DNA of 64,000 nt, taken from Candidatus Sericytochromatia bacterium (GTDB lineage Bacteria; Cyanobacteriota; Sericytochromatia; S15B-MN24; VGJW01). The translations under genes and the position numbers were made by a program. Location: assembly GCA_035285865.1 (NCBI GenBank), contig JAYKHS010000014.1, forward strand, positions 1 to 64,000. Direction: 5' to 3'. This document shows, one piece after another, positions 55,522-63,596 of this stretch; the first letter of the stretch is position 1; each line of letters begins with the position of its first letter. The notes below the pieces were generated by a model, which saw only the letters and a program-made list of their open reading frames with translations, made no database searches and was not told where the DNA came from.

Positions 55522-56210
55522 GGCGTGTCGACGAGCCGTGCGGCCTCTGCCGTCCCGGGTGTCATCTGGCGATAGGCGGCCTGGACATGCAGGAAGGTGA
55601 GCCCGATGGCCATCAGACCGGCAAGGACGACGCCTGTCCTGCGGGGCTTGGGGATGCGCAGACCGGAGATCATGGCGGCCGCTAGCAACAACATCACGCC
55701 GCAGAGGAACGGGACGCGCCACGCCTCGGGCAGCACTGGCAGGGCGAGTCCGGCAAGCGGCAGGATGCCGGCGACCGAGGTCACGGGCAAGCCGGTGAAC
55801 ATCGGCCGGCCACCGGACAGTTCGAGGCCCTGACGGTTGAAGTAGGCGAGTCGGATGGCCGGGGCACCCAGGTAGAGGAAGACCGCAAGCACGGCGAGCG
55901 GGAACTGGCCGAGGCCCAGCTGGAGGGCGATGATGGCCGGTGCGAAACCGAAAGAACACATGTCCGCGAGGCTGTCGAGCTCCTTGCCCATGCCCGAGGC
56001 CATCTCGGAACGCGGCAGGTTGCGGGCGACGGGACCGTCCAGCATGTCCGCGATGCCCGCCCAGATGAGGGCGACGAGCGCGAGGTTCGGCTGGCCCTGG
56101 ATGGCCAGCCACGAGGCCAGCAGGCCCATGGCGAGGCCGGCCAGCGTGATGGAGTTGGCAAGGTCGATGTGGGGCAACATCGGCCCGACGCGAAGCGGAG
56201 ACGGTTTCAT
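55518..56210 (-). CDS. pssA: CDP-diacylglycerol--serine O-phosphatidyltransferase
   Basis: DMLDGPVAR...GKELDSLAD..SFG CDP-alcohol motif, RLAYFN, FTGLP; coupled to psd. Confidence 0.85.
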   Translation of the reverse strand: MKPSPLRVGPMLPHIDLANSITLAGLAMGLLASWLAIQGQPNLALVALIWAGIADMLDGPVARNLPRSEMASGMGKELDSLADMCSFGFAPAIIALQLGLGQFPLAVLAVFLYLGAPAIRLAYFNRQGLELSGGRPMFTGLPVTSVAGILPLAGLALPVLPEAWRVPFLCGVMLLLAAAMISGLRIPKPRRTGVVLAGLMAIGLTFLHVQAAYRQMTPGTAEAARLVDTP

Positions 56211-56349
56211 CCATCCCATTGTACCCCCGACGCGGCCATCGTCGGCCAACCGGAGCGACATTGGGTCGTCATGTTCGCCTTGACGCTGCCGACGGCCGGG
56301 CGTATCACGGAAGGCGGCCGTGATGGGGCGGCCACGACGGAGGGTGACG

Positions 56350-56688
56350 ATGTTCACGTTCATGGCGACCTATGCGACACCGGAGAATCCCGAAGAGTTC
56401 GAGCGCCGCTATCGCGAGGAGCATCTGCCCCTGCTGGCCCGGGTCCCCGGCCTGCAGTCCTGCACCGTCCTGAAGCCTTCGCGCCAGGTGGTGGGCACCG
56501 GGGCCGACACGTGGATGGTCGCCCTTGTCCACTTCGAGGACGCCGCCGCCTTCAAGGCGGCCGCGCGGACCCCGGAGTGGGCGGCCGCGGGGGCCAACAT
56601 CCAGGAAATCGCCGGGACCGGCTGGATGGCGCATCTGGCCGATGCCGAGGAGTGGACGCCCGCATCCGTCGTCGGAGCCGGCGCATGA
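56350..56688 (+). CDS. EthD-family protein
   Basis: PENPEEFERRYREEHLPL..RVPGL, FED..AF.AA..TPE; RBS GGAGG. Confidence 0.82.
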   Translation: MFTFMATYATPENPEEFERRYREEHLPLLARVPGLQSCTVLKPSRQVVGTGADTWMVALVHFEDAAAFKAAARTPEWAAAGANIQEIAGTGWMAHLADAEEWTPASVVGAGA

Positions 56689-57668
56689 GCGCCGTCGCAC
56701 CCGATCCGCGGCTGGCCGGGCGTCCTGCCGAGAGCTTCGCATTCCGCAACATCCGCTACGTGAAGGCAGCGCGTCGGGCGACCGTCACCATCAATCGTCC
56801 CACCGTGCTCAACTGCCTCGATCTGCCGACGCTCATCGAGCTGCGCCAGGCCTTCGAGGATGCCTCGATGGATGATGAGGTGGCGGTCCTCGTCCTGACG
56901 GGCGAGGGGGAGACGGCGTTCTGCACCGGTGCCGACGTCAAGGAGCAGACCGCATTCCTCGCGCGCCCGCAGGACTACTGGAAGTGGATGGGGGCCTTCA
57001 CGGCCGCCCTCGAGCAGTTGCGCCGGCTCGGGAAGCCATCGGTGGCGCGTTTGAACGGCTTGGTCGTGGGCGGGGGCAACGAGTTCAACATGGCTTGTGA
57101 CCTCGCCGTCATGGTCGACGATGCCTACATCCGGCACGTCGGTCCGGCACGCGGTTCGGTTCCTGCCGCCGGCGCGACCCAGTGGCTCCCGATCATCATG
57201 GGAGATCGCCGGGCCCGGGAGATGCTGATGCTCTGCGACGAGGTGCCTGCACTGCAGGCGCTGGACTGGGGGCTCATCAACCGGGCCGTGCCCCGCGCCG
57301 AACTGGATGGCGCCGTGGATGAGCTTGTAGGTAAACTTATCAACAAACTTCCAGAGTGCACTCGTTACACAAAGCAGCAAGTCGACTTCTGGAAGGACTT
57401 CAGCTACTACCAGACCATCGGCCATGCCCGCGACTGGCTCACGCTGCACGCCGGTGTCCACGAGACGGCCGAGGGCCTGGGCGCCTTCGTCGAGAAGCGT
57501 CATGTCGACTATGCGATGCTGCGTGATCGGGTGGCGACCGGCCACGGTGCGGAGTTGCCCGACGGCCCGGCCTTTGCCGATTGCCCGGCATGCGGGGCGA
57601 CGGACTTGCCCGTCCGCCATCGCTTCTGTGGTCATTGCGGGGCTCCGATGGCGGGAGGGGTAGCCTGA
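56685..57668 (+). CDS. Crotonase-family hydrolase (Oah/MenB-like) with C-terminal zinc ribbon
   Basis: AFCTGAD, VGGGNEF.MACD, VGP..GSVP..GATQWLP, PECTRYTK; C-terminal CPACG...FCGHCG. Confidence 0.8.
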   Translation: MSAVAPDPRLAGRPAESFAFRNIRYVKAARRATVTINRPTVLNCLDLPTLIELRQAFEDASMDDEVAVLVLTGEGETAFCTGADVKEQTAFLARPQDYWKWMGAFTAALEQLRRLGKPSVARLNGLVVGGGNEFNMACDLAVMVDDAYIRHVGPARGSVPAAGATQWLPIIMGDRRAREMLMLCDEVPALQALDWGLINRAVPRAELDGAVDELVGKLINKLPECTRYTKQQVDFWKDFSYYQTIGHARDWLTLHAGVHETAEGLGAFVEKRHVDYAMLRDRVATGHGAELPDGPAFADCPACGATDLPVRHRFCGHCGAPMAGGVA

Positions 57669-58360
57669 TGCGGGACGTCGACGCGCTGGTGCATCGGGCG
57701 CAGGGCATGCTCGAGCATGACCCGCGGGTCCGCCGCTGGCAGGTGCGATCCGATGGCGCCATTGCCATCGAGATCGAGGTCCAGGGGGCCGTTCCTCCCC
57801 AGGATCGCTACCAGATCATCGAATCCCTCGGTCGTCCGCTCTATCGGGTCGATCGCCCCGAAGGCTCTCTGGATGCGCTGCTGGCCGACCTCGTCGTGGT
57901 GCGCGTCGACATCGACGGCGTGCCTGAGCCGGAGATGATGCTCGAGCCGTGGGAGCGCCTCGGTCAGATCAACCACCAGTTCTGGGTCGACCTGTGGGTG
58001 ACGTTCGGGTTCGTCCAGCGGGGGAAGCCCTGGAAGGCCATCAAGCACATGCAGCACCTGCGGGACCTGATCTTCGAGGTCGGCCGCATGGTGGCCGAGG
58101 ACCCCAAGGCGCGGGACGAGGTCGTCATCCCCGAGGACCTGGTGCCCTCGATGGCGCGAACCTGCTCCGGGCCAGAGCCTGCAGCCATCGGCCAGGCCCT
58201 GATGTATGCGATCTTCGTCTACCGTCGGATGCGGGACGCCCTCGGCGGGCGGATGCAGATGACTTTCCCCCCGGAGCATGAGGAGCGCCTGATTGCCGAG
58301 TTGGTCGACACCTTCGGGCGTCCCGAGGAGCTGGCGCGCATGAGCGAGGAGGCCCGATGA
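57668..58360 (+). CDS. Hypothetical protein (possible degenerate nucleotidyltransferase-like fold)
   Basis: TGATG coupling and RBS GGAGG; FW.DLW...VQRGKPWKA...LRD helical region. Confidence 0.7.
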   Translation: MRDVDALVHRAQGMLEHDPRVRRWQVRSDGAIAIEIEVQGAVPPQDRYQIIESLGRPLYRVDRPEGSLDALLADLVVVRVDIDGVPEPEMMLEPWERLGQINHQFWVDLWVTFGFVQRGKPWKAIKHMQHLRDLIFEVGRMVAEDPKARDEVVIPEDLVPSMARTCSGPEPAAIGQALMYAIFVYRRMRDALGGRMQMTFPPEHEERLIAELVDTFGRPEELARMSEEAR

Positions 58361-59154
58361 CCACCGTGGCACCGGACATCCTGTCGACGGAGGAACTCGT
58401 CGTCACCCGTGGCGATGCCGTGGCGTGGCTTCGGCTGAACCGGCCCAAGGCCCTGAACGCGTTGTCGCCCTCGTTGATGACCGCGTTGACGGACGCCGCG
58501 CTTGCCCTGGATGCCGATCCGGAAGTTCGGGTGATGGTCGTGATCGGCTCGGAACGGGCCTTCGCCGCCGGCGCCGACATCAAGGAGATGGCCGAGGCCA
58601 CTCCCGTGGACATGCTGACGCGAGACACCATCGCGCTCTGGGATCGCTTGCGCCGGGTGCGCAAGCCGCTGGTCGCCGCGGTCTCCGGCTTCTGCCTCGG
58701 TGGCGGTTGCGAATTGGCGATGGCGTGCGACCTGCTCGTGGCGGCCGACAACGCTGTTTTCGGTCAGCCCGAGATCAACCTGGGCGTGATTCCGGGTGCC
58801 GGCGGGACCCAGCGCCTGACGCGCGCCGTGGGCAAGGCGCTGGCGATGGACATGATCCTGACGGGCAGGCAGATCAACGCGCGGGAGGCACTTGCGCACG
58901 GTCTGGTGAGTCGCGTTTGGCCCATCGAGGTATTCGAGGACGAGGTCGCCGAGTTGGCCCGAGCCATCGCAGCCAAGGCACCGATGGCACTGCGCATGGC
59001 CACGGAGTCCGTGGACAAGGCCTTCGAGACCTCGCTTGCCGAGGGCCTGGATGCCGAACGCCAGCGGTTCTATGGCCTCTTTGCCACTGAGGACCAGAAA
59101 GAGGGCATGAAGGCCTTCGTCGAGAAGCGCCCCGCCCGATTTGTCGGTCGTTAG
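58357..59154 (+). CDS. paaF: Enoyl-CoA hydratase (PaaF-like)
   Basis: LNRPKALNAL, AFAAGADIKEM, GGGCEL, FGQPEINLG..PGAGGTQRL. Confidence 0.8.
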   Translation: MTTVAPDILSTEELVVTRGDAVAWLRLNRPKALNALSPSLMTALTDAALALDADPEVRVMVVIGSERAFAAGADIKEMAEATPVDMLTRDTIALWDRLRRVRKPLVAAVSGFCLGGGCELAMACDLLVAADNAVFGQPEINLGVIPGAGGTQRLTRAVGKALAMDMILTGRQINAREALAHGLVSRVWPIEVFEDEVAELARAIAAKAPMALRMATESVDKAFETSLAEGLDAERQRFYGLFATEDQKEGMKAFVEKRPARFVGR

Positions 59155-59166
59155 GAGATCCCTGTC

Positions 59167-59985
59167 GTGTCGGAAGCCGCCATCCTGCCCGCGCCCACTG
59201 CCCCTTACACGACCCTGGCCGTGTCGGTGGATGAGGCTGTTGCCTGCATCACCCTGTGTCGTCCCGACAAGATGAACGCGTTCGACGACGCCATGAAGGC
59301 CGATCTTCTGGCCGCGCTCAAGGCAGTCGAACGGGATCCTGCCGTGCGTGCCGTCGTCCTGACGGGTGCCGGACGCGCGTTCTGCTCCGGCCAGGATCTG
59401 CAGATGGATCCGGACAAGGCGAACGACCTGCCCGTGGGCCGGATGCTGCGCGAGAAGTACCACCCTATCTTCGAGAAGCTGCGCAGCATGCCCAAGCCCG
59501 TCATTGCCGCCGTGCAGGGCGTTGCGGCCGGCATGGGCGTCAGCCTTGCCCTGGCCTGCGACATGCGGGTCATGGCCAGCGAGACCTACATGACCGTCGC
59601 CTTCATCCGCATAGGGTTGATCCCGGATTGCGGGGCCACGTGGACGCTCACGCGCCTGATCGGGCCGGGGCGGGCCTTCGAGCTTGCCGCGACGGGAGAT
59701 CGCCTGTCTGCCGAGAAGGCTCTCGCCTGGGGAGCGGTCAACGAGGTGGTGCCTTCGGGCCAGGTCCTCGAGGCCGCGATGCAGCGTGCGCGAGTTCTGG
59801 CCGCAGGGCCCACGCGCGCTCTGGGGTTGCTCAAGAAGGCCTTGGACAACGCCATCGAGGCGGACTTTCCCACCCAGTTGCTGTTCGAGAGCCACATGCA
59901 GCAGACGGCTGCCCGTACGGCGGACTTCGCCGAGGGCGTGCGGGCCTTCGGCGAGAAGCGGCCTCCGCAGTTCACCGGGGCCTGA
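59167..59985 (+). CDS. paaG: Epoxyphenylacetyl-CoA isomerase (PaaG-like)
   Basis: AFCSGQDL, GVAAGMG.SLALACD, IGLIPD.G (PaaG-type Asp in place of the hydratase Glu). Confidence 0.78.
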   Translation: MSEAAILPAPTAPYTTLAVSVDEAVACITLCRPDKMNAFDDAMKADLLAALKAVERDPAVRAVVLTGAGRAFCSGQDLQMDPDKANDLPVGRMLREKYHPIFEKLRSMPKPVIAAVQGVAAGMGVSLALACDMRVMASETYMTVAFIRIGLIPDCGATWTLTRLIGPGRAFELAATGDRLSAEKALAWGAVNEVVPSGQVLEAAMQRARVLAAGPTRALGLLKKALDNAIEADFPTQLLFESHMQQTAARTADFAEGVRAFGEKRPPQFTGA

Positions 59986-60099
59986 GGGATCGCTGCCGCT
60001 CGGCCTGCTCCGAGACCGCGGAATTGCACGGATGTCGGCGCGGAGCCGCCCGGCGACAGTGGTAGAATGAGGACAGGCCTGTCGCACGAGGAGGTACGC

Positions 60100-60906
60100 A
60101 TGGTCACCGAGCAAGAGATGCTGGATCGCCTGGCGCGGGGTGAGAAGATCACGTCCCGCGAAGAGATGACGGACGATTACTTCGAGCAGCTGCGCAACTT
60201 GATGTTGCAGCAGGCGGATTCGGAGCTGGCCGGTGGCCTCGGCTACGTTCCCTGGATCGAGAAGGCGCCGACGATCGACGAGAAACTCGCCGTTGCCTCC
60301 ATCGTCAAGGACGAGATTCGGCACGCCAAGGCCATGTACAAGCTGCTCGAGAAGATGGGCATCGATACCGAGGCCCACATCGCCAAGCACGACTACAACT
60401 TCCGGCTCGAGGACGGACAGGTCGACATCGGTGCCGACCGGATGAAGGACGATACCCGCGTCAACATCTTCTACTACCCGATCGAGTCGTGGTCGGACTT
60501 CATCATGTTCAACTTCTGCATGGACCGCGGCGCCGGGCACCAGCTCGAGGATGTCCTCGAGTGCAGCTACCAGCCTTGGGCCAAGGAGATCGAGCTCATC
60601 TTCAAGGAAGAGCTCACGCACGTCGGCCACGGCAATTTCTGGGTCAAGAAGCTGGCTGCAGATCCGGCAACGCGCGACGAGGCGCAGGCTGCCCTCGACA
60701 AGTGGTACGTCCGCACGATGAACATCTTCGGCCGACCCAATACCCGCCGCAATGCCCTGTACCGCAAGTACGGGCTGAAGAAGCGGGACAACGACGAGGT
60801 CCGCAAGGCCTTCAAGGCCGAGATCGATCCCCTCATCGAGGCAGCGGGCCTCAAGGTTCCCGCCTGGTCGGCTCCTTGGGAAGCCGAGGTCGCGGCCGTC
60901 CGTTGA
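60100..60906 (+). CDS. Aryl-CoA epoxidase di-iron subunit (PaaA/BoxB-like ferritin fold)
   Basis: GEKI...EM..DY, ADSEL, KAP, KDEIRH, MDRGA, KEELTH; RBS GAGGAGG. Confidence 0.8.
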   Translation: MVTEQEMLDRLARGEKITSREEMTDDYFEQLRNLMLQQADSELAGGLGYVPWIEKAPTIDEKLAVASIVKDEIRHAKAMYKLLEKMGIDTEAHIAKHDYNFRLEDGQVDIGADRMKDDTRVNIFYYPIESWSDFIMFNFCMDRGAGHQLEDVLECSYQPWAKEIELIFKEELTHVGHGNFWVKKLAADPATRDEAQAALDKWYVRTMNIFGRPNTRRNALYRKYGLKKRDNDEVRKAFKAEIDPLIEAAGLKVPAWSAPWEAEVAAVR

Positions 60907-62102
60907 GTATCCTTTCCCCGGGTGGCCGCCTCGCGGTGTGCGGGGCGGGCACCATGGGCCGAGGCATCGCCCAGGTGGCAGCCGCGGCAGGCCACGAGGT
61001 GCTTGTCCTTGATGCCTTGCCCGGGGCTGCCGAACGGGGCATCGCGGCCATCTCGGCCGACCTGCGCAAGTTGGCCGCCAAGGGCAAGGTCCCGGTGGCC
61101 GAGGTCGAGGCGACCTTGTCCCGCCTGCGTGCCGTCGATTCGCTTGGGCAAATCGCGGGAGCGTCGATCCTGATCGAGGCCATCCATGAGGACCTCGCGA
61201 CCAAGCAAGCGCTTTTCCGCGAGGCCGGTGCGCTGCTCGGCCCCGAGGCCTTGCTGGCTTCCAACACGTCGGCCTTGCCGGTGACGGCGCTGGCGGCCGA
61301 GGCGCCGGATCCCCGCCGAGTCGTCGGGATGCACTTTTTCAACCCCGTGCCGCGCATGGCCCTATGCGAGATCGTGCGCGCCCGGCAGACCTCGCCGGAG
61401 ACCGTGGCCGAGGCCGAAGCCCTGGCCGCGGCCTTCGGCAAGCAGACGGTCACGGTCGCCGACACTCCGGGGTTCCTCGTGAACCGCGTCGCTCGTCCCT
61501 ATTACCTTGAGGCCGTGCGGATGCTGGGCGCCGGGGAGGGGGATGTCGTCGGCATCGACGCTTCGGCCCGGGCTGCAGGATTCCCGATGGGCCCCTTCAC
61601 CCTGATGGACCTCATCGGGATTGATGTCAATCTGGCCGTGTCCCGGGCCGTTTTCGAGGGCATGTCCGGCGAACCGCGGTTCCGGCCCCACGTCCTCCAG
61701 CAGCAGCAGGTCCACGCCCGTCAGTACGGCCGCAAGAACGGTCACGGGTGGTACGCGATGGACGCGGCTGGGCAGCCTGTCGTGCCGGAGGGAGCAGGCT
61801 GGACCCGTTCCTATGTCGCCGAGAGCCTGCCGGGGCTGGATGCGACGGCCAGCCGGCTCGTGGCAGCCATCATCAACGAGGCGCACCATGCCTGGGCTGA
61901 AGGCTGGGCCGGTGCCGAGGAAGGTGGCGCCGTGGTCGACCGTGCCGTGAGGCTCGGATTGAACTATCCGCATGGCCCCTTGGCGTGGGGTGATGCGCTG
62001 GGTCTGGATAGGGTGTTTGCGGTGCTTGAGGCCCATGCCGAAGTCTTCGGGGGCGAGCGTTTCCGTCCTGCCCCGCTCTTGCGTCGTCGCCTGTCTCGTT
62101 AG
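60903..62102 (+). CDS. paaH: 3-hydroxyacyl-CoA dehydrogenase (PaaH-like)
   Basis: GAGTMGRGIA, ASNTS, GMHFFNP, PGFLVNR, MGPFTLMD; TTGA overlap. Confidence 0.82.
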   Translation: MSILSPGGRLAVCGAGTMGRGIAQVAAAAGHEVLVLDALPGAAERGIAAISADLRKLAAKGKVPVAEVEATLSRLRAVDSLGQIAGASILIEAIHEDLATKQALFREAGALLGPEALLASNTSALPVTALAAEAPDPRRVVGMHFFNPVPRMALCEIVRARQTSPETVAEAEALAAAFGKQTVTVADTPGFLVNRVARPYYLEAVRMLGAGEGDVVGIDASARAAGFPMGPFTLMDLIGIDVNLAVSRAVFEGMSGEPRFRPHVLQQQQVHARQYGRKNGHGWYAMDAAGQPVVPEGAGWTRSYVAESLPGLDATASRLVAAIINEAHHAWAEGWAGAEEGGAVVDRAVRLGLNYPHGPLAWGDALGLDRVFAVLEAHAEVFGGERFRPAPLLRRRLSR

Positions 62103-62126
62103 TCCTGCCTTTCGGAGAGCCTGTCC

Positions 62127-63338
62127 ATGGCCGCACACGAAGCCCTGATCTACAGCGCGGTCCGCACCCCCATCGGTCGTCTGGGTGGAGCGCTTGCCGG
62201 GGTGCGCCCCGATGACCTCGCCGCCGTGGCCATTGCAGAGGCGATGCGTCGCAGCGGACTGGACCCGGAACTGCTCGAGGATGTCATCCTCGGATGTGCC
62301 AACCAGGCCGGGGAGGACAACCGTAACGTCGCCCGCATGGCCTCCCTGCTGGCAGGCTTGCCCATCGGCTCCGGCGGGCAGACCGTCAACCGTTTGTGCG
62401 GGTCGGGCTTGCAGGCCGTCATCACGGCCAGCCACGCCATTCGCGCCGACGAAGGCCGCATGTTTCTCGCCGGCGGAGTCGAGTCGATGACTCGGGCCCC
62501 GTTTGTCATGGGCAAGGCTGACAAACCCTGGAGCCGCGATCTGCAGGTCCATGACACTTCCCTCGGCTGGCGATTCGTGAATCCACGGCTGGCCGAGCTG
62601 CATCATCCCTATGCGATGGGGGAGACCGCCGAGAATGTGGCCGAGCGTTACGGAATCTCGCGCGAGGACCAGGATGCGTTCGCCATTCGCAGCCAGCAGG
62701 CGTGGGAGCGGGCGCAGCAGCACGAGCTGTTCGCGGATGAACTGGTGCCGGTTTCGGTGCCCGGTCGCAAGAAGGGTGAGGTGCTTGCGGTCTCGGTGGA
62801 CGAGCATCCGCGCCCGGAAACGAATCTCGAGGGTCTGGCCCGACTGAAGCCGGCTTTCCGGCAAGGGGGTACGGTGACGGCCGGCAACGCCAGCGGCCTC
62901 AACGACGGTGCCGCGGCGCTGGTGGTGGCATCCGAGGCCCTTTTTGTGCCTGAGGGAGTCCGCCCACTCGCCCGGGTGGCGGCGTCGGCCGTCGCGGGCG
63001 TGGATCCCGCCGTCATGGGTGTGGGACCTGTGCCGGCCGTCCGCAAGGCCTTGGCGCGGGCGGGGCTCTCGGTGGGCGACCTCGCTGCCATCGAGTTGAA
63101 CGAGGCCTTTGCGGCGCAGGCCTTGGCCTGTATCCGGGAGTTGGACCTGGATCCCGACCGCGTCAATCCTCTGGGCGGCGCGATTGCCTTGGGGCACCCG
63201 CTGGGCATGAGCGGTGCCCGCATCCTGACGACGCTGGTCCATCACCTCCGTCGGACCCGCGGTCGCTTTGGCCTGGCCACGATGTGCGTGGGAGTGGGCC
63301 AAGGCATCGCGCTCATCATCGAGAACCTCGACGCGTAA
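62127..63338 (+). CDS. paaJ: Thiolase (3-oxoadipyl-CoA thiolase, PaaJ/PcaF-like)
   Basis: GCANQAGEDNRNVAR, NRLCGSG, NEAFA, GHPLG, MCVGVGQG. Confidence 0.85.
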   Translation: MAAHEALIYSAVRTPIGRLGGALAGVRPDDLAAVAIAEAMRRSGLDPELLEDVILGCANQAGEDNRNVARMASLLAGLPIGSGGQTVNRLCGSGLQAVITASHAIRADEGRMFLAGGVESMTRAPFVMGKADKPWSRDLQVHDTSLGWRFVNPRLAELHHPYAMGETAENVAERYGISREDQDAFAIRSQQAWERAQQHELFADELVPVSVPGRKKGEVLAVSVDEHPRPETNLEGLARLKPAFRQGGTVTAGNASGLNDGAAALVVASEALFVPEGVRPLARVAASAVAGVDPAVMGVGPVPAVRKALARAGLSVGDLAAIELNEAFAAQALACIRELDLDPDRVNPLGGAIALGHPLGMSGARILTTLVHHLRRTRGRFGLATMCVGVGQGIALIIENLDA

Positions 63339-63367
63339 GCCCCCCCGGCCGAGGGCCGGAGGGGCTT
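63337..63367. terminator. Hairpin terminator between convergent genes
   Basis: AAGCCCCCCCGGCC-gag-GGCCGGAGGGGCTT; 13 of 14 positions pair. Confidence 0.7.
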
Positions 63368-63383
63368 CGAGACAGGCCGCAGG

Positions 63384-63509
63384 TCAGCGCACGTCCTTGG
63401 TCGGCTTCGGCTTGGGGGTGGGATGGTCGTGACCGTCATGTGCGAAGGCGACGTTCGTGGTGGCCACGATGACCAGCGCGCAGGCAAACAGGGAGAGGAT
63501 GCGACCCAT
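63384..63509 (-). CDS. 41-aa secreted His-rich micropeptide (not in the ORF track)
   Basis: RBS AAAGGAG, then ATG: MGRILSLFACALVIVATTNVAFA-HDGHDHPTPKPKPTKDVR*; GC-rich third codon positions. Confidence 0.75.
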   Translation of the reverse strand: MGRILSLFACALVIVATTNVAFAHDGHDHPTPKPKPTKDVR

Positions 63510-63596
63510 GGCTTGACTCCTTTGTGAAGCGGGGGTGCTCCACGTTAGGTCAGTCAATGCCGATTTGCGAGTTCCTTAACAAGCAATTGATGTTGC

